From positions 193,626,001-193,690,000 of the forward strand of contig OZ024741.1 of NCBI GenBank assembly GCA_964016885.1: 64,000 nt of DNA, given 5' to 3'. Origin of the DNA: Eledone cirrhosa. Taxonomy: Eukaryota. Below, piece by piece: positions 24,411-35,444 of the stretch (its first letter is position 1; every line of letters begins with the position of its first letter). The notes under the pieces were generated by a model that had not been told where the DNA came from, made no database searches, and worked only from the letters and a program-made list of their open reading frames with translations. The position numbers were made by a program, and so were the translations under genes.

Positions 24411-25361
24411 GTGGTACATAGTCTCTCAACAACAGTCCTCCAACAGGTACATAGTCTCTCCATAGCAGTCTTCCTGCTAGTACATAGTCTCTCCATAGCA
24501 GTCTTCCAACTGGTACATAGTTTCTCCATAGCAGTCTTCCTGCTGGTACATAGGCTCTCCATAGCAGTCTTCCAACTGGTACATAGGCTCTCCATAGCAG
24601 TCTTCCAACTGGTACATAGGCTCTCCATAGCAGTCTTCCAACTGGTACATAGGCTCTCCATAGCAGTCTTCCAACTGGTATATAGGCTCTCCATAGCAGT
24701 CTTCCAACTGGTATATAGGCTCTCCATAGCAGTCTTCCAACAGGTACATAGGCTCTCCATAGCAGTCTTCCAACAGGTACATAGGCCCTCCATAGCAGTC
24801 TTCCTGCTGGTACATAGGCCCTCCATAGCAGTCTTCCAACTGGTACATAGGCTCTCCATAGCAGTCCTCCAACTGGTACATAGGCTCTCCATAGCAGTCT
24901 TCCTGCTGGTACATAGGCTCTCCATAGCAGTCTTCCAACTGGTACATAGGCTCTCCATAGCAGTCCTCCAACTGGTACATAGGCTCTCCATAGCAGTCTT
25001 CCAACTGGTATATAGGCTCTCCATAGCAGTCTTCCTGCTGGTACATAGGCTCTCCATAGCAGTCCTCCAACTGGTACATAGGCTCTCCATAGCAGTCTTC
25101 CTGCTAGTACATAGTCTCTCCATAGCAGTCTTCCAACAGGTACATAGGCCCTCCATAGCAGTCTTCCAACAGGTACATAGGCTCTCCATAGCAGTCTTCC
25201 AACAGGTACATAGGCCCTCCATAGCAGTCTTCCTGCTGGTACATAGGCCCTCCATAGCAGTCTTCCAACTGGTACATAGGCTCTCCATAGCAGTCCTCCA
25301 ACTGGTACATAGGCTCTCCATAGCAGTCCTCCAACTGGTACATAGGCTCTCCATAGCAGTG
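24411..25361. repeat. 33-bp minisatellite, about 29 copies
   Basis: Unit tggtacataggctctccatagcagtcttccaac with few variable positions. Confidence 0.97.
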
Positions 25362-26244
25362 TTAGTGATTTGATGCAAGGGAAATAACTTTAATCTAAGA
25401 GTTGTCTTTCTTCAGTAAAATATGTCGCTAGCATTACTGGAGTAGAGCTAGAATACATATTATAATAGTCGTTTTCTGTTGTTGCTGTTGTTATTACTGT
25501 TGTTATTGTTGTTATTGTTGCTGTTTTTGTTGTTTAACCCCCAAATGATACTGACTGAATAAACCTTTTGTCAGAAGTGATACAGCTGTGACTATTCAGA
25601 ACACATTAGCCAGTGTGACCTTGGCTTTTAAGATTTCAGGAAGATTTCGCCGCTAATTCCAGCAAACACTATGACCACTTAGAGCAATGGTTCTCAACTG
25701 GAGTTCATATAAGAATTCTGAAGTGCCAGAAGATAAAAAATAGTAAATTGGGGCTCCCCAGTAGTATTTTAAGGGTTCATGAAAAAATTTTGCTGGGGTT
25801 CTCCTCTCTTCAGAGAGGTGCATCCTCGTGAGGTGGAGAGAATATTTTTCTAATCTCCTAAATCCGATTACAACAGCATCTTCTGATGTACGCGAGGTGC
25901 ATCTGGGAGCTGTGACTAATCTCTGAGGCTGAAGTCACAAGAGTAGTTAAAGGTCATATTAAGAACGAAAACAAATTTTGTTTTTTTAATTTTTGGCAAA
26001 GCCGACCATAAAGTCGCTCAGTATGCAAATGAGGCTGTATACATTTAAGAATACTATGTATTCTCCACAGTTCCAGTGGCTAGCAGCGAAGAGAACATAC
26101 AATCTTGATAAGGAGCAAAACATTCCGAAACAATTGTCGATTGTTTTCTCTCAGCTACCACTGGAACAAAAGGATGGCGTTGGCCATCTAACACATGGTG
26201 TTTATGGAGCTGTTTGCTTGCAAACAAACTAAATATTAATAATT

Positions 26245-26630
26245 GTTTTTAGTTTTGGCACAAGGCCAGCAATTATTCCAGTGCATTACTGGTACTTTAT
26301 TTTTTCGACCCTGTAAGGATGAAAGGCAAAGTTAACCTCGGCTGGATTTGAACTCAGAATGGAAAGACTCTATGTGTCAAAGCATGGCATCCGACCCTCT
26401 ACCGATACTGCCAATCCACCATTAATAATATTATCATATGGTGGATTGACAGTATCGGTAGAGGGTCGGACGCCATGCTTTGGTGCATAGAGTTACGGCC
26501 CTTGCCATTCTGAGTTCAAATCCCCCCCGAGGTTAACTTTGCCTTTCATCCTTACGGGTTTGATAAAATAAAGTACCAGTAATGCACTGGGTATTTGCTG
26601 GCCTTGTGCCAAAAGTAGAAACAATTATTA
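26245..26630. mobile_element. Two family A SINEs head-to-head (26245-26420 minus, 26440-26630 plus)
   Basis: Both have A-box-like ggcagtatcggtagag, B-box-like gagttcaaatcc, core and tail. Confidence 0.88.
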
Positions 26631-26655
26631 TCATATTATTATTATTCACTCACGA

Positions 26656-27520
26656 ATATATATATATAAAAAATATAAATATATAAAAAATATATATATA
26701 TAAAAAATATATATATATAAAAAATATATATATTTAAAAAATATATATATATAAAAAATATATATATATAAAAAATATATATAAAAAATATATATATATA
26801 AAAAATATATATATATATAAAATATATATATATAAAAAATATATATATATAAAAAATATATATATATAAAAAATATATATATATAAAAAATCTATATATA
26901 TAAAAAATATATATATATAAAATATATATATATATAAAAAATCTCTATATATAAAAAATCTATATATATAAAAAATCTATATATATAAAAAATCTATATA
27001 TATAAAAAATATATATATATAAAAAATATATATATATAAAAAATATATATATATAAAAAATATATATATATAAAAAATATAAATATATAAAAAATATATA
27101 TATATAAAAAATATATATATATAAAAAATATATATATATAAAAAATATAAATATATAAAAAATATATATATATAAAAAATATAAATATATAAAAAATATA
27201 TATATATAAAAAATATATATATATAAAAATTATATATATTTAAAAAATATATATATTTAAAAAATATATATATATAAAAAATATATATATATAAAAAATA
27301 TATATATATAAAAAATATATATATATAAAAAATATATATATATAAAAAATATATATATATAAAAAATATATATATTTAAAAAATATATATATATAAAAAA
27401 TATATATATATAAAAAATATATATATATAAAAAATATATATATATAAAAATTATATATATTTAAAAAATATATATATTTAAAAAATATATATATTTAAAA
27501 AATATATATATATAAAAAAT
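26656..27520. repeat. Almost pure A/T satellite, unit about 15-17 bp (A6(TA)4-6)
   Basis: About 860 bp with only rare C. Confidence 0.97.
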
Positions 27521-27553
27521 GAAAAAAATGATATTATACTCCAGAAGACATGA

Positions 27554-27652
27554 CAGGTTATTGACATAACCAAGAAAACATACCTTAACGGTTCAAGTTT
27601 TTCCAGGAAAAACTTGAACCGTTAAGGTATTTTTTTCTTGGTTATGTCAATA
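27554..27652. repeat. Palindrome, arms about 49 bp
   Basis: tattgacataaccaagaaaa..ttttcc a ggaaaa..ttttcttggttatgtcaata. Confidence 0.92.
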
Positions 27653-27670
27653 TTTATAAAACAAACTTTG

Positions 27671-27732
27671 TATTTAATCTGATGAAAGCGTAACCAAAGT
27701 TTTGGTACCCTTGAAATATATATAATAGAATA
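27671..27732 (+). ncRNA. Type I hammerhead ribozyme motif
   Basis: tatttaat-CTGATGA-aagcgtaaccaaa gt tttggtaccctt-GAAA-tatata-TA-atagaata; long stem II, palindromic stem III, stem I 7 of 8 paired. Confidence 0.7.
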
Positions 27733-27852
27733 AATATGGTTTTATAAATATAGTTTCCATTTATTTAATATCATTGTATATATATATATATGTATATATA
27801 TGTATATATATACGTATATATGTATATATATATGTATATATATGTATATATA

Positions 27853-28205
27853 TACACCCCCGTCCCACCACCCCCACCCCATCCACACTGCCCCTTTCGA
27901 TGTAAAGTTATGTTGGTGCCACACCATCCAGGCCGAAACAAATGAGATCGTGTAGGTGTCACGACAAAAAAACACACAGTCCACGCTGTAATGTGACCGT
28001 GTAGGCAACACGGTAAAAACGTCCCAGCCCCACACTGTAAATGTGGTTGGTGTTAGGAAGGGCATCCAGCTGTAGAAAACCTGCCAGATAGTCCTATGCG
28101 AGCAAGATAATCACTCTTGCCTCAAGTGGGAAAACCCCCGTCCAAACCCATGCAAGCATGGAACACGGACGTTAAACGATGATGATGATGATGATGATGA
28201 TGATG
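27853..28205 (+). mobile_element. RTE 3'UTR fragment with (GAT)n tail
   Basis: Nearly identical to 59196-59543. Confidence 0.88.
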
Positions 28206-28454
28206 CATATCGTGTGTATTTGTTTATTTTTAAGTTGTTTGTATTTATCCCCCCACCCACCACACACACACACACACATACACCTTTCGTTGTCAACACG
28301 TCCCTTTTTTACTTTATTTTGATTTTGATTTTCCTATATATTTATATATATTTTTTGAATTTTTTTATCTTATTTATTTATTTAGTTATTTCTGCATACT
28401 GATATGTGCATGTGCATGTATATATGTATGTGTATGTATGTATGTGTGTGTATG

Positions 28455-28494
<40 letters not shown>

Positions 28495-28496
<2 letters not shown>

Positions 28497-28712
28497 CCGA
28501 GAAACGGGACTGTCCATCATCAGTAGTCTGCTGCTGATTATCATTGCATTACTACCATGTTGTTTGTTTACTTTCCCCTTCCAATTCGATCTGTCCCGAT
28601 AACTTATTTTAGTTATCGCTCGCACTGATTTTTAGGTATCTGGTCTTTAATGCAAAGAAATACCAATGATAACAGTAGACTACTGATGATGGACAGTCCC
28701 GTTTCTTGGTCT
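28495..28712. repeat. Inverted repeat (arms about 50 bp, spacer about 110 bp) between microsatellites
   Basis: gaccgagaaacgggactgtccatcatcagtagtct versus agactactgatgatggacagtcccgtttcttggtc. Confidence 0.85.
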
Positions 28713-28722
28713 ATTTTCATTA

Positions 28723-28766
<44 letters not shown>

Positions 28767-29273
28767 ATGTATATGTATATGTGTATATATATATGTATAT
28801 GTGTATGTGTGTGTGTATGCATGTATATATGTGTGTATGGGTATGTATGTGTATGTGTGTGTATACATATATGTGTATGTGTATATATACGTGCGCATAT
28901 GTATAGAGCTTTTTGTTTTTGTGTTTGTATGTATGCATGCATATATGTGTGTATATACCCTCTTTTTTATATGTGTGTGTGTGTATTTGTGTGTACATAT
29001 TTGAATGCATATATATTTGTGTAAATGTATGTGTATGTATTTATGTGCCTGTTCGTATTTCCATGTAGACGCAAATACGCTTATGTGAGAAAGTATACGT
29101 CTACGTACTATTACGTATATGCGCGTGGTTGAGTGTGTGTATGTTTATGTTCTGAATATTTTTTATATATTTTTTCCCCTATTTCCTTTTTGCCCGTTTT
29201 TTCAGCCTCACTTTCATATTTCCTAAATTTTGTTTTCAAATCCATATTTAATAAAAACACCATGTTATTTATG

Positions 29274-29330
29274 CATTCTGACGACTGAAGACAGACATAA
29301 CATCTACCTTCAAGAAACCACTGGTAAATG
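29274..29330 (+). ncRNA. Type I hammerhead ribozyme motif
   Basis: catt-CTGACGA-ctgaag..cttcaa-GAAA-ccactgg-TA-aatg; stem I catt/aatg, GUA triplet, near-palindromic stem III. Confidence 0.75.
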
Positions 29331-29508
29331 AAATAATTATCTTATGTTGTTTATTACATAACTAATAAGCTCTGTAACCTACATAGAGCACTCTTTTTTT
29401 CTGTACCTTTCCAACGGAAATACTTCATTTATATATATATATATATATATATGATATGCATTTTCTTATTCTCTCTCTCTCTATATATATATATAACGAG
29501 AGAGAGAG

Positions 29509-29551
<43 letters not shown>

Positions 29552-29615
29552 TGAGAGAGAGTGAGAATAAGAAAATGCAAAGTAGTTTCAGATGTTAAAG
29601 TCCTTTATTGATAAG

Positions 29616-29688
29616 GCTGTGATACATATTTCGATCACGACTGGCCACACGATTCCACATACCCAGTGCCATGATCTCATCAGACAGC
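29616..29688 (-). ncRNA. Type I hammerhead ribozyme motif
   Basis: Minus: gctgt-CTGATGA-gatcatg..actgg..ccagt.cgtgatc-GAAA-tatgta-TC-acagc, then AATAAA; stem I 5 bp, long stem II, AUC triplet. Confidence 0.85.
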
Positions 29689-29874
29689 TTCTTAAGGTCA
29701 CGTACCCAGTGCCATGATCTCATCAGACAGCTTCTTAAGGTCACGTACCCAGTGCCATGATCTCATCAGACAGCTTCTTAAGGTCACGTACCCAGTGCCA
29801 TGATCTCATCAGACAGCTTCTTAAGGTCATGTACCCAGTGCCAAGATCTCATCAGACAGCTTCTTAAGGTTACG
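29660..29874. repeat. 43-bp tandem repeat, 5 copies
   Basis: Unit tacccagtgccatgatctcatcagacagcttcttaaggtcacg. Confidence 0.97.
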
Positions 29875-30626
29875 TTCCCAAGGCAATCCAAATTGAAACG
29901 ACAAGGGAACGGACAAAGGTGATGCTCTTGAAGCCATCGCCCATTCTTTCGTGAGCGCCAATACACCTCCACAACTTTGCGCAGGCGCAAATGTGAAGTT
30001 GACCACCTAACTACTACCCCAAAACACAACGAAACTAGCCGAGGCAGTCCCCCCCCCTCCCTCAAACCAATCAATCACTATCATCCAAGCCGGTATGGTC
30101 ACACGGTCATAGGGTTCGTGCCAGCCACTAATTTGTAGTTTACTGCTAGTCGCACGTCCACTGGTAGCTGACCGAAACTTTGTGGTAGTAGCAGAGTATA
30201 AGTTTCAGTAGGTTTCAATACTAACTGACCATCCCCCGTGAAGAGAATATAAACTTAATTCTAGGGTCTAGATATTATGGTTTCACAAAGGAAATTAAAA
30301 TTGGTAATAAGATTGAAAATTAGAAATTAAGAGTTAAAATCCCGAATGAAGTAAAAAAAAAATATAATAAATAGGAAGATGTGTAAATTGTAGTTAGAAA
30401 TTAGGAAAAGGGATCAATATTGGATATTACAGATATGTTATCCATATATTGAAGAATAGTACCGTAACGAAGAATAGAAGATAAATTTAAAGTATAGAAC
30501 GTAATAATTAAACAAACAATTAGTTAATAATTTCTTCTATCACATAAACTAAAACAAAAAATATATAGATGCAAAATATATATATGGGAAAAATATAGAT
30601 GAAAAATAATGTATATATATATATAA

Positions 30627-31000
30627 TCCTTATCATCTCATTTCTACAGCTGAGTAAACTGGAGCAATGTGAAATAAAGTGTCTTGCTCAAGGAAACAAC
30701 ACATCACCCGTTCAATTCTCAGACCGGGTGATGTGTTGTTTCCTTGAGCAAGACACTTTATTTCACATTGCTCCAGTTTACTCAGCTGTAGAAATGAGAT
30801 GATAAGGACTCGGGTCTCTATCATTCCACTGCAAAGTGGTCGTGGAGGTGCCACGGCAAAAAAGCACCCAGCACTCACTGTAAATGAGGTTGGTGTTAGG
30901 AAGGGCATCCAGCTGTAGAAATCAAGCCAGAATCAGTTCCCGTCCCACCCTTGCAAGCAGGGAAAAGCGGACGTAAAATGAAATGATGATGAAATGATGA
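30627..31000 (+). mobile_element. 5'-truncated SINE family B (RTE tail) with an inverted duplication at its 5' end
   Basis: 30711-31000 matches the reverse complement of 55080-55367; 30627-30710 is a perfect inverted copy of about 30725-30808. Confidence 0.88.
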
Positions 31001-31799
31001 TATATATATACACACATGTATATTGGGATTGAAATGAGGGTAGAAGAGGTGAAAATAGTGATTTCAATTACATTCACGATGCAGTGGGAATGTTGGTCAA
31101 TTTTGTCCATGTAATGTGCAGATAAAATTCCTTGTCCGTCCGTTATTGGATGAAGTGAGAGGGAGCTTCGGTTCTAGGCCTCTTTGCAAAATGCAAGTTG
31201 CTGCAGGAAAATAAGGGAAGAATATTGTCTACAGTTTATTTCCTCAATGGACTTTAGTTGACATTGGGTAGAACTGATTTTTTAAATATCAAATGAATAT
31301 CGGGGAGGAGGCAACCCGTGTAAAATATGAATCAAAGGGGTCGATAGATAAAAAATGGTTGAGAACTACTGATTTAATGGCTCTTTTATAGGTTCAATAT
31401 TGGATTAAATAATTCTTGATGCATAATATATTTTGACTTCTAACACATACAAGTAATACATACACACACACACACACACACACACCACACACACAAACAA
31501 ACATGCACACACACACCACACACACACATACACATAAACACCCACCCATAAAGACACACATACAAACAACACACACACTCAAACACACTAACATGGCAAA
31601 TGTTTTGGTTAGTGAAAACTTTTACATTTTTCTGTGACTGAAGTATTTTTCATGCTTTAGTCAAAGGAGGTACAGCAATGGATAAGACCCTTTTTTAGAA
31701 GATACAATGCTATTTTGAGGAAGATTTGACTGCTATATCTAGTAGATAGTGTGATCATACAGAAGCTCTAACATTGGCATTTATTCACTTTCACAGAGA

Positions 31800-32220
31800 C
31801 TGACATATTGATCAGGTTACCATTACCAATCCCATGACCTTCTAGGGTTGTAAGGGACACGACTGAGAGGAGTAGTGTAGCACCTCTCTCTATCCACCTG
31901 ACATGAACAAGGACTTGCTTTGTTGCAAAGTCTTTACCAGTCCATTCCTTGTCTTCTTTTCCCCTGCACTTTTACTTGGAGAATGGACTTGGGAAATCTA
32001 TCAGATCTTGTCACATGGTTGTACCATCTCATTTTCTTTTTCTTTGCAGTGGTTAGCGGATCTTTATGGTTGCCCACATGTTGGGTTAATGTTTTTATGT
32101 GTCCATTGATTAAGTAGAGAAGACAACCATAATGGTCACTATATGTGTGTAGGAACTAAATAATATGATGGTTACAACCTGATGACATCCATCACCCCCA
32201 TATCTGTAATTAGTGCAGGT
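31800..32220 (-). mobile_element. Old RTE 3' fragment
   Basis: Minus strand reads RK.KWYNHVTRS..PKSILQ.KVQGKRRQG.DW, with frameshifts. Confidence 0.5.
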
Positions 32221-32489
32221 TGGTGGTTGTTTTGCTGGAAGAGTTGGGGCATGGTTTAGAAGGATGTGTGTGGTTTAACTCTTCTTTGAGTGGTCAAATG
32301 AGGGGTGTGGTTTATGTTTGCTTGAGTTCGTGGATAGCTTTGGTTTGTATTTACATTGCAGTTAAAGCAATTGACAATCTTAGTTACATGTGTGTGTGTG
32401 TGTGTGTGTATGTGTGTTTGTGTGTGTGCGTGCATGTGTGTGTGTGTATAGAAGTGTAGTAAACAGAAAGAGAACGGGGAAGAAGATGC

Positions 32490-33135
32490 AGTTGATTGAA
32501 CTGCAATTCTGCATGGTATCAAGATGTGGGCCCTGAGTGCAAAATATTTGTGGCAGCTAAAAAGAAATGACATTCATGCTTTGCTGGATATGTAATGCTA
32601 GTGTGCATCAATGTCAGAGTACAAGTGAATTGAAAGAAAATCTAAGAATAAGCGGGATTAAATATAGTATGCAAGAGAAACAATTGCATTGGTATGGGCA
32701 AGTAATGTTTAACTCAAGCGAGATTTGTATGCAAAAGTGGTGAGTACTTGAAGTAGATGGAACCTGTGAAAGATGGTGATCAAGAAAGACACAGAGTGAA
32801 ATTGTAAAGGCTGACCTAAACAAACTGAATCTCAGGAAGAAAGTGATACAGGGCCATGGTGACTGATGATAGGCTCTACTACCTGTCCGCTAGTACTGTG
32901 ATACTAAAAGTAAATGTGGTGAGAGACCAGAGGTAGTGTTCATGCCACAAAAAAACCCACATTAGGTACATCTTGAAAGGTGGTTAGTATTAGGAAAGTA
33001 ATCCAGCTGTAGAAACCATGTTAAATATGGAACATACGAACAAGACAAGGTCGCTCCGACCTCTCTGGTCACATGCCATGACAACTCATCCAACACATGC
33101 CAGTGTAGAAAGCAGATATAACATGATTATTATTA
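32490..33135 (+). mobile_element. Degraded RTE 3' fragment
   Basis: TAILHG..WALSA..KQLHWYGQVM similarity and RTE-type 3'UTR. Confidence 0.65.
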
Positions 33136-33139
33136 TTAT

Positions 33140-34740
33140 TATGGCCCTTTACATTCTGATTTCAAATCCTGCCAAGGTTAGCTTTGCCTTTTGTCCTTAT
33201 GGGGTCATCATCATCATCATCATCACCGTTTTACGTCCGTTCTTCCACGCTAGCATGGGTTAGATGGGTTGTCCTGTTGTGGGCAGTGTCTGGTTGGCTG
33301 ACCATGCCTTGCTCATACAGGAACTGATTTGGCTTGATTTCTACAGCTGGATGCCCTTCCTAACACCAACCTCATTTACAGTGAGTGCTGGGGGCTTTTT
33401 CGTGGCGCCTACACGTCCACTTTACAGTGTGGGCTGGGTGCTTTTTTGCCGTAGCACCTCCACGACCACCTTGCGGTGGGGGGTGTGGGGGTCTATAAAA
33501 TAAAATACCAGTTTAGCATTGGTGCTCGATTTAATCGACTTTCCCCTACCCGCAAATTTTTGGCGTTGTGCCTAAATCAAAAACCATTAAGAGGGTCGGA
33601 CGCCATGCTTTGACGCGTAGAGTTACGGCCCTTGCCATTCTGAGTTCAAATCCCGCCGAGGTTAACTTTGCCTTTCATCCTTACGATAAATAAAGTACCA
33701 GTAATGCACTAGGGTCGATTTAATCGACTTTCCCCTGCCCCCAAATTGTTGGCCTTGTGCCGAAATCAGAAATCATTATATATATATATCATCATCATCA
33801 TCATCACCGTGTAACGTTCATTTTTCCATGTTAGCATGGGTTAGATGAGAACTTTGGTGGGAGAGGTGTGTGGGATTGGGGAGGTGGGTATTTGGGCGTT
33901 TTAGGTAAATGGAAGGGGATGCAGGTGATGGTGACGCACTGGTGCACACTAGATGTATGCTTAAGCCTGTGCTTATGCGAGGTGTATGGAAGGGGTGAGG
34001 TGGTGCATACCGTATGTATGTTTCAGCCTGTGTTCGTGGGAAGGCAGGTCTTCTGTAATACTGCATAAAGCGAGAGATCTTGGGCCTGTGTCAAAGCCTT
34101 TGAGAGGTGCAATACACATATAAAACACTTAATTTCAGGTTGTTCCAGGCAACTCACCTGAAAAATAGTACCAGCAATAAAGGGATAGCGATTATCCTTG
34201 TGATAAACTAGCACCCTACCTTAGTCGTTTAAACACCAATGAAACATGTATAAGTTTTACTTTGAGTGGGCGGAGGAGGGGTCGGGATGCCAATAAAAAC
34301 ACACACACCAGTTGAATTTCACTTCTGGATTGGCAGTATCGGTAGAGGGTCGGACGCCATGCTTTGACGCATAGAGTTACGGCCCTTGCCATTCTGAGTT
34401 CAAATCCCGCCGAGGTTAACTTTGCCTTTCATCCTTATGGGGTCGATAAAATAAAGTACCAGTAATGCACTGAGTAATTGCTGGCCTTGTGCCAAAAAGT
34501 ATAAACAATTATTAGTTGAGTAACTAGGTGGATTGACAGTATCGGCAGAGAGTCGGACACTATGCTTTGCCGCATAGAGTTACGTTCCTTACAGTCTGAG
34601 TTCAAATCCTGCCGAGGTTAACTTTGCCTTTCATCCTTACGAGGTCGATAAAATAAAGCACCGGTAACGTACTGGAGTCGAGTTAATCGACTTTCTCCTC
34701 GTCCCAAATTACAGACTCTATAGTAGAAATCATTAGTTGT
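33140..34740. mobile_element. Cluster of nested or tandem SINEs (family A at about 33590-33778, 34326-34512, 34547-34735 plus) and RTE-tail elements (33205-33480, 33789-34110 minus)
   Basis: Recurrent family A and RTE-tail motifs. Confidence 0.8.
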
Positions 34741-35444
34741 TGAGTAACTAATCAATTCATCGGCTAGTTTAGTAACCGAGTGGTTGTTCAATTGTTAATT
34801 GTCGAAGCCCTTTCGTTACACGTTCTGTAACATCCTCAATGACTATTTTTCTTACTCTGTATCCACCCCTTGTATCATTTTATTTTTGAGAAGACAAGAT
34901 GAAGTAAACTGATAAAACGAAAACGAGTTACTTCGAACAGTTAGGCTTGTATGATTTCGGCAGTAAAGTCGTTGCTAAGAACACCTTCACGGTATGTTAT
35001 TGTTATTTTGGTTTTATGTGATGGACGATCTCAGATAAGGTATGATTTTTTCACACACCTCCCCACCTTTTTTTTTTAAATCTTAATTTTTAGACTTTTT
35101 AAAATCTAATTCAGTTAATGATTTCTATCATATGTTATCCATGGATTTAAAAAATGTTATTTTTTTATTTATTTTATTCCATTTTTTTTTAAAAAAACAT
35201 CGCAGCAATATATTTTGCCTTACAAAGTTATTACTACAGAAATCTTATAACAAAAAAAAAAACCTTTTATATTAAAAAAAACTTTTTTTTTGTCATGAAA
35301 ATACTAAAATTATAAATAGCGAACCGAAATGTTTATTTCCTCCAATTAAAGTCGAGTTTATTATTTACTGCTGTACTTTTAACAATGTCTGCTATCATAT
35401 AATACACGTGGGTTGAAACTAAATATTGAAGTTACAGAAGAAAT

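Noticed and set aside
28386-29024. Many short HT/YI/CV-repeat ORFs here and at 61700-63680
   Set aside because: Translations of (CA)n, (TA)n and (TG)n microsatellites
29660-29874. CRISPR-like array of 43-bp repeats
   Set aside because: Units are contiguous with no unique spacers; eukaryotic context and no cas genes
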